Below are positions 20,060 through 30,382 of a stretch of 58,346 nucleotides of DNA, piece by piece. Position 1 is the first letter of the stretch. Every line of letters begins with the position of its first letter. The translations under genes and the position numbers were made by a program. The notes below the pieces were generated by a model, which did no database searches, was not told where the DNA came from, and saw only the letters and a program-made list of their open reading frames with translations. Source of the DNA: a bacterium (GTDB lineage Bacteria > Bacteroidota > Ignavibacteria > UBA10030). The stretch lies in NCBI GenBank assembly GCA_043803945.1, contig JAZDJN010000059.1:1-58346 (forward strand), given 5' to 3'.

Positions 20060-20668
20060 GTGAGAGAATCAGAGACCGATATATTCAGCGGTAATGCTCC
20101 CGCCGGGCAAGGTATGCCGGGGGTTGAAGAGGTAGCCGATTTCGATTCCTTCGAGCGGTTGGTGCGTCAGTATCAACCGTATGCTTTTTCTCTCGCTATG
20201 AGATTCCTCTGTGATGAATCCGAAGCGTCCGATGTTGTTCAGGATGCCTTTATTCGTGTCTGGAAGCATCTCGATCGATATGATCGTGGAAAGAAATTCT
20301 CAACCTGGCTCTATTCGATTGTGACGAATCTCTGTCTCGATCGTTTTCGTTCACTGAAGCGGCGAAGGTTTTTGTTCATCTCACGGGAACAGTATCCGGA
20401 GCTGGAAGAACTTCCGGATAAGAGGGATTGGGAAACAATACGTACATACGAAGAGTTAGCTGCTCTCATAAATAAACTGGCGGGTTGCCTTTCAAAAAAA
20501 CAGAGACTTGTGTTTACGCTGAGAGACCTTCAGGATTTGACAATAGAAGAGGTTGTTGAAATTACAGGGATGTCGATCGGCAGTGTGAAAATGAATCTCC
20601 ATTTTGCCCGCAAAGCATTGCGGGATTTACTGGCGCGGCGATATGGAATTACAAGGATTGACCTATGA
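20060..20668 (+). CDS. ECF-family RNA polymerase sigma factor
   Basis: Region 2 DVVQDAF..FSTWLYSIVTNLCLD; region 4 LSKKQRLVF..EEVVEITGMSIGSVK; exact start uncertain. Confidence 0.92.
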   Translation: MRESETDIFSGNAPAGQGMPGVEEVADFDSFERLVRQYQPYAFSLAMRFLCDESEASDVVQDAFIRVWKHLDRYDRGKKFSTWLYSIVTNLCLDRFRSLKRRRFLFISREQYPELEELPDKRDWETIRTYEELAALINKLAGCLSKKQRLVFTLRDLQDLTIEEVVEITGMSIGSVKMNLHFARKALRDLLARRYGITRIDL

Positions 20669-21363
20669 ATTGTTACCAGTTTCAACAGTTGCTTCACCTG
20701 AACAGGCCGGGCGAACGCAATGAACGGGAAACGATAGAACTTCGCGAACACCTCGCTGCGTGCAAGCGATGCTCACTCGAGCAGCAACAAATCGATAATG
20801 TTGGCCCAATGCTAGAAACTCTCGGTTCACTAATGCCTGTACATGAACATGCAGAGCAACTCACTGCGGAGATCATGAGGAGAGTGCGCGCCGTGGAGGC
20901 TCCGGCTCGAGAAAATAATCTGACAGATCGGCTGTTTGATTTCTTTCTTCGACCGGCGGTACGGTTTGCCACCATGGCACTATCATTTGCAGCAATCGGG
21001 ATCTTCACATTTCAATGCCTGAATGTGTTGAGCGATATTCGTGTCCTTGAATCGACAGTGAATCAGGCGACACAGGCTACTGCATCATCAGAAATTTCCT
21101 ATTCGGTGGATTCTGAACACATACAGGAACTTGCCCAATCACCGGTGCTCCATCAATTCATTCCACCGGGACGCTCAACGGCGGCCAAAGGCCGGATCAG
21201 CATCAGTCAACGCGATATTGCCATGATACTTTCCTCCTCTGGATTTCGGTCGTTAACCACAACGACAGCATCTTCAATGATTCAGGTCGATAAAGATAGA
21301 CTTGACAACATTCTGAAGGATGTCATTAACAACGCAACCAATATTATCCATCTCGCACAATAA
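20665..21363 (+). CDS. Zinc-binding (HxxxCxxC) transmembrane anti-sigma factor
   Basis: MNC...HLAACKRC motif, one TM segment, ATGA overlap with the sigma gene. Confidence 0.8.
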   Translation: MNCYQFQQLLHLNRPGERNERETIELREHLAACKRCSLEQQQIDNVGPMLETLGSLMPVHEHAEQLTAEIMRRVRAVEAPARENNLTDRLFDFFLRPAVRFATMALSFAAIGIFTFQCLNVLSDIRVLESTVNQATQATASSEISYSVDSEHIQELAQSPVLHQFIPPGRSTAAKGRISISQRDIAMILSSSGFRSLTTTTASSMIQVDKDRLDNILKDVINNATNIIHLAQ

Positions 21364-21374
21364 GAGGTGTCTCC

Positions 21375-22430
21375 ATGCGCACATTTAAGATTACGATACT
21401 TATCATCATATCCGGCTTTGCTTTCCTGCTGCAGGGATGCCTCGATATCAATTCTATCAGTCAGGTGAATAGCGATGGATCGATTCTCCGCACCATAGTC
21501 ATTACTGGTGATTCCACTGCAATCTTTACCGGTAAGTATCCCTTTATGATAGACTCAACATGGGAGAGAACAACAGAATTTATACAGGAGAAAAAACAAT
21601 ACAAACTGACAGTGAAAAAATTGTTTCGCACTGTCGAGGATATGAATGCCGCTCTCTCCGGTGTCTTCAGCAAGACACTTCAATACCGGTTTGAGTTTGA
21701 GAAGAGTTTCCAATGGTTCTTTACGGTTTATCGATACAATGAAGTAAATATCCCATTTATACAATACAGATCAATCCCATTATCTGATTTTGTCACTGCA
21801 GAAGAAATCGAATCCTATCGCAAGTATCAGATTGATAAAATACCATTTCAGTCAAAAGAAGACAGTCTCTCCCTTATCGCATCTGCCGAGCGTGGAGAGG
21901 AGTGGGAGTCACGGAATCGTTTTGAAGCCATTTTCAAAGTATTTCTGAGCGGAGTGCAATCTCTGAATAATCCTTCACTCGTTGTATCATCTGTTGAACA
22001 AAGAAAAGAGTTTCTCTATAAAGGATCAGTGGAAGAGAGCGATAACTTTAAAGAAAAGAAACTGGACTCTCTCCGATTTATTTTTGCATCTCTGCTGAAG
22101 TCTTCCTTGGTTCATCAAGTGTGGGAAGCTCAAGCGAAGGAATTTACTGAGATTAAAGAAAAATTGACCTTCGAAGAGAAGACGGGTGAAAACTCTTACA
22201 CCACCAGTGTGGTTATGCCCGGATTGATTACAAAAACGAATGCCGGCACTATTGAAGGAAACAAAGCGACATGGAAGGATTTTCTTGAGTATTCAAAAAT
22301 ATTCGAATACACCATGTGGGTGGAATCGCGGCAAGTCAATTGGTGGGCAGTAATCCTGACCGGTGTGATTGTCTCTGCACTGTTGATTGGTGTCGCTGTA
22401 TCGATGATAGCAAAGAGAAAACGGCGGTAA
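21375..22430 (+). CDS. Hypothetical lipoprotein with a C-terminal TM anchor
   Basis: Lipobox LLQG-C; C-terminal hydrophobic helix followed by KRKRR; GAGG RBS. Confidence 0.75.
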   Translation: MRTFKITILIIISGFAFLLQGCLDINSISQVNSDGSILRTIVITGDSTAIFTGKYPFMIDSTWERTTEFIQEKKQYKLTVKKLFRTVEDMNAALSGVFSKTLQYRFEFEKSFQWFFTVYRYNEVNIPFIQYRSIPLSDFVTAEEIESYRKYQIDKIPFQSKEDSLSLIASAERGEEWESRNRFEAIFKVFLSGVQSLNNPSLVVSSVEQRKEFLYKGSVEESDNFKEKKLDSLRFIFASLLKSSLVHQVWEAQAKEFTEIKEKLTFEEKTGENSYTTSVVMPGLITKTNAGTIEGNKATWKDFLEYSKIFEYTMWVESRQVNWWAVILTGVIVSALLIGVAVSMIAKRKRR

Positions 22431-22574
22431 CATCATGTTTATCAAATTATATGACTACTCTATTGTATGAGTTCACTCATATGTGATGTGTGGGCAGTGC
22501 CTGAGAGGGTCGGTCTGGATACTTGGAATAATTGTAAAGTCTCTGGTAAATGGTATTCGATTAGGAAAACACAC

Positions 22575-23843
22575 ATGAATCGAACAGGCCTATCGCTCTA
22601 CTCCGTTCTGGCGGCATTCTGTGTATTGTGGTTCAATACGACTGGTGTGATGTCGCAAACAATCAGCGGAGAGAAATCACAGTACGATGATCTCCCCAAT
22701 GTTTTTATCGATTGCTTTTTCTGTCCGATCGACTACTTCAAGAAGGAGATGGCATTCGTCAATTATGTCCGTGATGCCAGCCAGGCGGATGTCTTTGTCA
22801 GCCTCACCGAAAGAAGAACGGCAAGTGATGGGACCGAACATACTTTCACCATTATTGGACAGAATCGATTCGCAGGGATGAGTGATACCCTCAAATGCTT
22901 TACGAACAATTCAGACGCAGAAGAGACTATTCGTGCTGAACAGGTGAGGGTGTTAAAGATTGGATTAGCACGGTACGCACTCCGTACCTCTGGATCGAAA
23001 ATGCTCTCATTGCTCTCAACTCAACCAGGTGTTCTTCAATCCGTTGAAGATCCCTGGAATCATTGGGTGTTTACCTTTTCGGTAGATGGTTCACTCAATG
23101 GCGAGGAACAAAGAACCACAAGCAATTACTCGGGGCGATTCAGTATCAAGAGGATTATGGAACAATGGAAGGTGGCTCTGGAGGGCCATATCTCAGCGCA
23201 GGAAAACAGGTACCTGGCAAGCCCCGGTACTATCATAAGTCTCCAGCGCGATCGCGGACTGGATAGTTGGGCCGTCCGAAGTATCGATGATCACTGGTCA
23301 GTTGGATGGGCTGCCTCGATAGGCTCCTCCACTTACACCAATGTCCGGATTTCGGGCAAGCTGATAAGTGGAATTGAATACAATATCTTTCCATACACCG
23401 TATCGACACGAAAGGAACTTCGTTTGAATTATATTCTTCAGGGATCGAGAATCTGGTACAATGAAGAGACCGTCTATAGTAAACTATCAGAGGGACTCCT
23501 CCAGCACTCGTTCGGTCTCAACTTGAGTATCAAACAGATTTGGGGTTCGGCGAACAGCTCGATCTCCCTCTCGCAGTATCTCCATGATCTGTCGAAGAAT
23601 CAGATAGGTGTAAATCTCTGGTTGTCGGTGAGGCTGGCGGAAGGATTCTCAGCAAACATTTCCGCCAATTACTCGCAGATCCATGACCAGTTATCGCTTC
23701 CAAAAGGGAGTGTGAGTACAGAAGACTTGCTTCTTCGAAGGAGGGAATTGGAGACGAACTATAATTATTCGACCTCCATCGGCCTCAGCTACAGCTTTGG
23801 ATCAATCTACAGTACCATCGTCAATCCACGGTTTGGATTGTAA
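22575..23843 (+). CDS. Hypothetical outer-membrane beta-barrel protein
   Basis: ORF 22467-23843; likely start ATG 22575 with a signal peptide; alternating amphipathic strands, ends GLSYSFGSIYSTIVNPRFGL. Confidence 0.7.
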   Translation: MNRTGLSLYSVLAAFCVLWFNTTGVMSQTISGEKSQYDDLPNVFIDCFFCPIDYFKKEMAFVNYVRDASQADVFVSLTERRTASDGTEHTFTIIGQNRFAGMSDTLKCFTNNSDAEETIRAEQVRVLKIGLARYALRTSGSKMLSLLSTQPGVLQSVEDPWNHWVFTFSVDGSLNGEEQRTTSNYSGRFSIKRIMEQWKVALEGHISAQENRYLASPGTIISLQRDRGLDSWAVRSIDDHWSVGWAASIGSSTYTNVRISGKLISGIEYNIFPYTVSTRKELRLNYILQGSRIWYNEETVYSKLSEGLLQHSFGLNLSIKQIWGSANSSISLSQYLHDLSKNQIGVNLWLSVRLAEGFSANISANYSQIHDQLSLPKGSVSTEDLLLRRRELETNYNYSTSIGLSYSFGSIYSTIVNPRFGL

Positions 23844-24049
23844 TGCCCATTCAGTGTGGATGAGAAATCGAATAGATAGCATTACCAACTCACATCACGC
23901 AAAAAAGAAAAATCATCAATCAATCTGGTTCTCATTAGCAAATCTAAAACCACCCCATATCCCTTGCCAAGCAGGGGGAAAAGGGGAGGTCAAAAACAAG
24001 ATTAAACGCTTCAATCAAATAGATTCTTCTTCCTGCGTAACGTCAGTTA

Positions 24050-24271
24050 TTAAAACAAGTCCATCTGTGGATCGAATAACCTGCCTTTGTCCAATTTCTT
24101 TTTAAGCTTATTCAGCCGGCTATTGACCCCGGTAAGTTTGCGGAGAGCATCCTGAGCGGAGAGTTGATGAGTTCTGGTGAATTCAATTTCTCGTCGTAAT
24201 TGAGCCTGAAGAACCAGCAATTGAGTAAGTTCAGTCTCAACGGTTATTTGTCGCTGACTCTTGTCCTTCAT
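24050..24271 (-). CDS. Small coiled-coil protein with C-terminal QMDLF (clamp-binding-like motif)
   Basis: 73 aa; paralogous to 27740-27967 (L.REIEF.R...LS...A.RK). Confidence 0.7.
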   Translation of the reverse strand: MKDKSQRQITVETELTQLLVLQAQLRREIEFTRTHQLSAQDALRKLTGVNSRLNKLKKKLDKGRLFDPQMDLF

Positions 24272-24568
24272 TGAACTAAAGGTAGCTATTTACCATATTA
24301 GGTTCCACAAGGATATCGACTTACTTTTCTGGATGGAGTGCGATGGGATTGGTTTCGATGGCAGGAGCTTCCGGAGCCTCTTTTTTTGCCAATTCAGAAT
24401 TTATTGAAGCAGTCTTACAATCCTTTTTCTTCATAGATAGACTATGCTGTACCGCAATGGTGGAAAGAACAATTCCCAATTACATTCGTTTTATGCTATA
24501 TTACCCCGGTCTCTATATTTATCCAAATCTATAGTAAAGAGTTAATGATTCAATGCATCCAAGCAATT

Positions 24569-24676
24569 GCCATAGAGACACTGAGAACACAGAGGTATCT
24601 ATTAAGATTCCCTTAAAATTACGCATTTAGACATCGCTGCATTCTCTTTTCTCTGTGTGCTCTGCGTCTCAGTGGC
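24569..24676. repeat. CACAGAG/CTCTGTG-type inverted repeat element, copy 1
   Basis: GCCATAGAGACACTGAGAACACAGAG..spacer..CTCTGTGTGCTCTGCGTCTCAGTGGC; similar to 58230-58325. Confidence 0.65.
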
Positions 24677-24810
24677 TGAGGTACTACGCAAAGAGTTACA
24701 AGAAAGGCGGCTGGCATTTCTTGGGAGATAATCGAAGTATCGAAACTGAACATTTTTCAAACAGACTTGGCTTGTCACATCATATCAATTCACTATTGGA
24801 GGTCAAACGT

Positions 24811-26940
24811 ATGCGAAAACAACAATCACGATGGATGAATGGAGTGGTATGGACGGTCTTCGTCGTCATGCTTGGACTCATGGTTGGCAGTGTTATTGCA
24901 CAGGATCGTCTTCCTTCGATGCCGGGGTATGAGCAGTACAAAAAGATGAGTCCGGAGATTAGGGACTCTGTGAAACTGGGCTCTTTCTCCGTCATCTGGA
25001 AGGATGATAGTAAATCTTTCGAGTATAGACGGGACGGTAAGACCTATCGTTATGATATTAAAACCCGCAAAGCGACTGAAGTGAAGGGTGCCGTTGCCCC
25101 AGCAGCCGCACCGATGGGTCGACCGGGAGGCCGCCAGATGTCAAGGTTTGCGGGGAGTGGACCGCGTCCGGAGCGCGGCCGGCAATATATTGCTGCAATT
25201 TCTCCTGATGGGAAACGGAAAGCATTTTATCGAAACCGCAATTTCTGGATCAGCGACTCCAGCGGTGCGAACGAATTTGCCGTTACAACTGAGGGTAATG
25301 AAAAAGCTCGGATTAAATACGGAACGGCAAGCTGGGTGTATGGAGAAGAGCTGAATCAAGTAACGGCGATGTGGTGGTCACCCAATAGCAAAAAGGTTGC
25401 ATACTATCGCTTCGATGAAAGTCAGATAAAGGATTATTACCTGCAATTCAAACAAATCGAGCTGCAGGATAGCATGGATATCGAACCATACACCAAGGTT
25501 GGCGCACCCAATCCGGTGGTGGATATTTATGTCTATGATCTTGACACAAAGAATATCGTAAAGGTAGATGTGCGGGACGAGAAGCCGTTTGATAATAACG
25601 TTGTCGGCCACTATATCTATGGAATTTCCTGGACCACGGATGGAAGTGAATTGCTATTCCATCGGACAAACCGGCGGCAGAATATTATGGAATTGACAGC
25701 GGCAGATCCGACATCAGGAAAATGCCGTGTTATTGTTCACGAGGAATGGCTGCCCAGCTTCACAGAAAACACGCCCTTCATGCAATTTATGAAGGATAAC
25801 AAGCGGTTCATCTGGATGTCCGAGCGGAATGGATTTAATAATTATTATCTCTACGACCTCAGCGGCAAGCTGCTGTCGACACTTACGAATCATCAATTTG
25901 AAGTCGCCAATATTGTGCGCGTCGATGAGGATGCTAAGTTGATCTACTACATGGCCCGTGACGGTGACAATCCTATGAAACTCCAATTGCATCGGGTCGG
26001 CCTCGATGGCAAAGGCGATGTGCGGCTTACCGATCCGGCATACAACCACACCGTGAACGTTTCACCTGATGGCAAATACTTCGTCGATGTTGCTCAAACC
26101 CACGATAGTCCTCCCTTTTCGCGGTTAATGGATATCAAAGGGAAAGTAGTGGACGAACTGGTGAAGAGTGATATGACAAAATTTGAGCAACTCGGGTTAA
26201 AAAAAGTGGAGTTGATTACATTCAAGGCTGCAGATGGGAAAACCGATCTTCATGGCATGTTGAATTTTCCATCGAACTTCGATCCGAATAAGAAATACCC
26301 GGTGCTTGTCAGTGTCTATGGCGGACCCGCGACGAATGCAGCACGGGAAACGTTCTCTATACCTTCTGCAATGGCAGAATATGGATTTCTGGTTGCATCA
26401 TTCGATGCGCGCAGTGCCGGCGGGCGCGGCAAGCGCTTCCTGGATCAATACTACGGTCATTTTGGGATTGTCGAAATGGATGATTTTGCAGAAGGGGTGA
26501 AATCTCTGTGGAACAGGCCGTATGTCAATAAAGAAAAGGTCGGAATTTTCGGGACGTCGTTTGGTGGAACCTCTTCAGCTACTTGTCTCTTGCGATTTCC
26601 CGATGTGTTTCACGCGGCAGTCGCCAATTCCGGTGTCTACGATTTCCGGAACTACGATAATATCTATACCGAACGCTATATGGGTTTAGTCCCAGAAGAT
26701 AAAGCCGGTTATGATGCAGGCAACACGTTGAACTTCGTCAATAATTTAAAAGGCCACTTGATGATTTACTACGGGACATCTGATAATAATGTTCATCCTT
26801 CAAATTCTATGCAGCTCATCAATTTATTGCAAATAGCAAAGAAGAGCTTCGAGGTTCAGGTCGGTCCGGATAGAGGCCACACCGCTGTCAATCAGGAACG
26901 CATGATGGAATTCTTTATCGAGAATCTGGTTTTGAGATAA
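24811..26940 (+). CDS. S9-family dipeptidyl-peptidase IV-like serine peptidase
   Basis: WVYGEEL, WWSP, VYGGP, nucleophile GTSFGG, DNNVH, RGH; start moved to ATG 24811 (GGAGG RBS, signal peptide). Confidence 0.92.
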   Translation: MRKQQSRWMNGVVWTVFVVMLGLMVGSVIAQDRLPSMPGYEQYKKMSPEIRDSVKLGSFSVIWKDDSKSFEYRRDGKTYRYDIKTRKATEVKGAVAPAAAPMGRPGGRQMSRFAGSGPRPERGRQYIAAISPDGKRKAFYRNRNFWISDSSGANEFAVTTEGNEKARIKYGTASWVYGEELNQVTAMWWSPNSKKVAYYRFDESQIKDYYLQFKQIELQDSMDIEPYTKVGAPNPVVDIYVYDLDTKNIVKVDVRDEKPFDNNVVGHYIYGISWTTDGSELLFHRTNRRQNIMELTAADPTSGKCRVIVHEEWLPSFTENTPFMQFMKDNKRFIWMSERNGFNNYYLYDLSGKLLSTLTNHQFEVANIVRVDEDAKLIYYMARDGDNPMKLQLHRVGLDGKGDVRLTDPAYNHTVNVSPDGKYFVDVAQTHDSPPFSRLMDIKGKVVDELVKSDMTKFEQLGLKKVELITFKAADGKTDLHGMLNFPSNFDPNKKYPVLVSVYGGPATNAARETFSIPSAMAEYGFLVASFDARSAGGRGKRFLDQYYGHFGIVEMDDFAEGVKSLWNRPYVNKEKVGIFGTSFGGTSSATCLLRFPDVFHAAVANSGVYDFRNYDNIYTERYMGLVPEDKAGYDAGNTLNFVNNLKGHLMIYYGTSDNNVHPSNSMQLINLLQIAKKSFEVQVGPDRGHTAVNQERMMEFFIENLVLR

Positions 26941-26979
26941 GTCTTCTCGAACTGTTTCTGGATCTATTCCAACTGAAAG

Positions 26980-27008
26980 GTAGGGAGCGCCCCACATCGT
27001 GGGGCGCT
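26980..27008 (+). repeat. GTAG-type REP-like palindrome (may also terminate transcription)
   Basis: GTAGGG-AGCGCCCCAC-ATC-GTGGGGCGCT. Confidence 0.55.
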
Positions 27009-27043
27009 TGTTTGGCTATGAATAGACCATACTACGCCAATAA

Positions 27044-27099
27044 ACTGTCTTCTGTCTGCTCTCTGCAGTCTGTGCTCTGCAATCTCTATACTTTATACT
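27044..27099 (+). repeat. Degenerate 7-nt periodic tandem repeat (8 units)
   Basis: ACTGTCT TCTGTCT GCTCTCT GCAGTCT GTGCTCT GCAATCT CTATACT TTATACT. Confidence 0.6.
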
Positions 27100-27351
27100 T
27101 ACTGCAATATATTTTCTACTTTATCCATTACACTTCTTACCATAAAACCTCGTTGATTTTGGTTGAGGGTTTCCTTACTATTAATCAGGATCAAATGGAA
27201 AGAAAAGAGGCTTGATCGCAGCTTATCATTCCAATCATCGTTCAAGAGCAGGCGAGATTTGTGATCATGCGTTCGAAGTATCAGACTATGGATAATAGAA
27301 TACCAATTATCGTCGAAGGGAAGGACAACCCATTCCACGAGAGGAGAAGCT

Positions 27352-27555
27352 ATGCCAACAATTGATCTTCATGATTTTATCAATCAGCTTCACTCACAAT
27401 TTCCCAAGTTGAAGAATTACGATGAGACACGGATCCTCAGCATTTTGATGGAGGCAGGGATGAATGTTGAATTCGAATTTGACGCCGATGGGAATACACT
27501 TGTGAAATATGATGATATGACTCCAGAAATAAAAGAGAAACTCGTACATATCTAA
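27352..27555 (+). CDS. Small acidic hypothetical protein (67 aa)
   Basis: GAGGAG RBS, ATG start, protein-like composition. Confidence 0.65.
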   Translation: MPTIDLHDFINQLHSQFPKLKNYDETRILSILMEAGMNVEFEFDADGNTLVKYDDMTPEIKEKLVHI

Positions 27556-27739
27556 ACCATCATTCACTTCGTACACTCTGTATTTTAAGCTTCATACTTC
27601 TCTGTACCGTCCGAATACCGCTCTCCCGGGTCTTCAAACACTATCAATGCTCGTCTTAGAATATTGCTGCTCTTGGATTAGAAAGGGCAGATGCTGTAAC
27701 AAACTATTCTTTCAAGATGAATATTCGAAAAGTGCAGGC

Positions 27740-27967
27740 CTAAAAATTAAAATCCAATTGCGGGGTGAGGAAATGTGCGTTTGCGGTCCTGGACTTCAAC
27801 CGCTCAATTATTTTATCAAGAGAGGCAATCTTCCGTTCAGCGGCAGCCGGACTCAGATTATTCCGTCTGGCAAATTCAATTTCGCGGTGGAGTTGATTGT
27901 GTTGTCCAATGAGCCGGTTCAGTTCGGACTGCAATAAACCGATGTTGTTCTGGAGGTCTTCAATCAT
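27740..27967 (-). CDS. Small coiled-coil protein with C-terminal QLDFNF (clamp-binding-like motif)
   Basis: 75 aa; paralog of 24050-24271. Confidence 0.7.
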   Translation of the reverse strand: MIEDLQNNIGLLQSELNRLIGQHNQLHREIEFARRNNLSPAAAERKIASLDKIIERLKSRTANAHFLTPQLDFNF

Positions 27968-28090
27968 ATGGGCAAAAATAATAAAACATAATGTAAGATA
28001 TCATGTCCTGCGAATGCCTCAATCCCAATTCGCGAGATGGATTTATTGAACTTCCGAATCGCATCCAGAACCAGCGTAAGCCCAGTGCAC

Positions 28091-30382
28091 TCACTGAGCC
28101 GGCAAGATGACAATATCCTTTTTTCGGTTTGTTGGCTGCACACGTAATTGAACCAGCGTTCCCTGTTTCACCGAAGCCTCGATAAGTGTGTTGAATGGAG
28201 CATGAAGTTTAAAATCGGCGCTCCACTCTTTTGGCCAGGCAGGCAAAAGATAAATCTTGTTTCCATCCGTTTGGATCAACATCGACTGTAACGTTTTCAT
28301 TAAGACACTTCCATGGTCCTGGTCTGGAATCCAGTCATAGTTCGGCCCCCAGAATGTAGGAAAGCGCGAGCCCTTATTTGTATTGCGTGCACGGCTCACA
28401 AGATAATTGCGGGCCGAATCTGCAAATCCCAGGTAGGCCATAAAGATATCATCCTGGCGCCAGCCGGAGTTTCCTTTATCCCACCGGTGTTTGAGAGCCT
28501 CAATACCAAGACTGCTATTTGGCTTTTCAAATGAGATCAGCCGGAAGGGAAATACGGCGTAGAGTTCAGGATTTTCAATATTTTGTTTTTTCGCGAAGAG
28601 TGAAGCGGGAGCAAGCATTACTGTGTCATTCACCGATCGGGTAGGGAGGCCGGGAAGTTTCTTTTTTAATTCAGCCCAGAATGATCGCTCTTTGATTGTT
28701 GTCAAGTGATCAGGCATTGCCAGTAATCGTTCGATCACCGAGTGAAGGCCGGCTACTTCCGGCATCGGATTGGTACACTCCCACCAGGTTTCAAGCGCCT
28801 GTGAAGGATGCATAACGAGTGTGCCGAATTCATTGGTGGCATAATGTTGGTCGAAAAATGAAAGGATATCACGGGCTGTCGGGAGAACCATTTCTCTGAG
28901 GAACCGGCCATCGAGTGTATGATCGTAATACTCCAACATCAGGTAGACGAGTTCAAGGCCGGAAACCCACTCCCACTTATGCCAGCCGCTGTTCTGCAGC
29001 TTGTCCGTCCGTTCTTGTGCGGGTGTCCATCCATACGACTCCGAGAACACATCACCCCAGAAATAGATGCACTCCGGAATATAGGCACCGTCATGATTGA
29101 AGTAGGCACGAGTCCGATAGTTGAATAATGGCATAAGGTCTTTGCCATACATTCGGAACAATGGTTCTGTTAAATCGAAATCTCCAGAGGCGCACATGCT
29201 GAAGTAGGGGAGACGGGTATTCTGCCACCAGTACCCCGGACCCCACTGCCGATAATCAGCATCACCCGGCTTGCCGGGGAATGGTACGGTAAAAATTGAT
29301 CCGTTAAACTTGATAGGAAATTGACCCCGGCCTGCGCATGCAGTAATGAATCGCTGCAGTGCATAGGCCCGGCTCACGGTGTAACCATCGCTCTCCATTG
29401 ATGAATCGTTTTTCGGCGACGAAGTTACTATAATCCAGCTTCGATTCCAGAATTTTTTCCACCATTGCACATGGTCTTTCCACAGTGTGTTGAAACCAAC
29501 ACGTTCGCTTTCCCTCTGTTGCTTCTCAATAGCCCCGAGCCACTTGTGTGGTGTGGAGGGATGCTGAGTGAGCACATAAATCGCAAAATGGTGTCTCTTC
29601 GAAGAGGTGGATTGCAGAGCGACATCGTCAACACGCTTTGCCTTTTCGCATGTGATGAGTGCACCAAACGTTCGGTGCAATAAGGGATCGGGGCGATTGA
29701 ATCCTTGTACTCCCTGGATTTCGGCACCGAGTGCAGGGCCAATCGATTTCGAGTTGTGATGATACCACCCAATGCGGTCGGGAAGATTTCTTAGGAGGGA
29801 ATCCGGTGCTACAATCGTTGGCGCGTGCTGCTGGTTCTTCTGTGTTCGATCAAGCAGAACATCACTCACTTCAATGGAACGCAGTGTATCCGACGCTGTT
29901 CTCCAAAGTTCGATGGAGGCGACAGGTGTCGTGATTAGTGTGCTCTCTATTTCAATGTGAATAACAGGATGATTGGCATCTACCCAGAGCCGAAGTGTGG
30001 TGAAAGCTTTCTGTTCTCCATACCGAATTGTGATTGATCCATCAGGCAGGTTCAGCGTTTGAAGAAAGGCCTTCAGAGGCTGTTCAGGTTTGGGATTAAT
30101 TGACAGGCGCACTCTGCCAACTTTCAGTAACCTTCCATAGTCATCCCAACTGTCTGTTTTCCCAATATAGAAGACGAGATCCCCGGATTCCTCCACCCAC
30201 GCGTTCAGGCCGATATCACCATTCCCAAGCGGCATTGAGCCGTTGTAATCCTTGCTCGGCGAATCCCAGCGTACATTGTATTGTGCGGCTTTTGCTCTCC
30301 CATCTTCAATTTGAAGTATCGGTACCGATGTGCAAATGGAATTAAGCAGCAGTATCGTAATCAGAATGAAGGGTGTTCTCAT
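28091..30382 (-). CDS. Secreted glycoside hydrolase-like protein (DUF5703/GH95-like)
   Basis: Signal peptide; SMPLGNGDIGLNAW, PIKFNGSIF, YWWQNTRL, ENPELYAVFPF, C-terminal LLPAWPKEW..FKLHAP. Confidence 0.8.
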   Translation of the reverse strand: MRTPFILITILLLNSICTSVPILQIEDGRAKAAQYNVRWDSPSKDYNGSMPLGNGDIGLNAWVEESGDLVFYIGKTDSWDDYGRLLKVGRVRLSINPKPEQPLKAFLQTLNLPDGSITIRYGEQKAFTTLRLWVDANHPVIHIEIESTLITTPVASIELWRTASDTLRSIEVSDVLLDRTQKNQQHAPTIVAPDSLLRNLPDRIGWYHHNSKSIGPALGAEIQGVQGFNRPDPLLHRTFGALITCEKAKRVDDVALQSTSSKRHHFAIYVLTQHPSTPHKWLGAIEKQQRESERVGFNTLWKDHVQWWKKFWNRSWIIVTSSPKNDSSMESDGYTVSRAYALQRFITACAGRGQFPIKFNGSIFTVPFPGKPGDADYRQWGPGYWWQNTRLPYFSMCASGDFDLTEPLFRMYGKDLMPLFNYRTRAYFNHDGAYIPECIYFWGDVFSESYGWTPAQERTDKLQNSGWHKWEWVSGLELVYLMLEYYDHTLDGRFLREMVLPTARDILSFFDQHYATNEFGTLVMHPSQALETWWECTNPMPEVAGLHSVIERLLAMPDHLTTIKERSFWAELKKKLPGLPTRSVNDTVMLAPASLFAKKQNIENPELYAVFPFRLISFEKPNSSLGIEALKHRWDKGNSGWRQDDIFMAYLGFADSARNYLVSRARNTNKGSRFPTFWGPNYDWIPDQDHGSVLMKTLQSMLIQTDGNKIYLLPAWPKEWSADFKLHAPFNTLIEASVKQGTLVQLRVQPTNRKKDIVILPAQ

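Noticed and set aside
24655-24810. N-terminal extension of the S9 peptidase in the ORF track
   Set aside because: Starts inside a repeat element; the RBS and signal peptide support ATG 24811
27352-27967. Convergent small ORFs as a toxin-antitoxin pair
   Set aside because: No known TA motifs and not co-oriented; no evidence beyond small size
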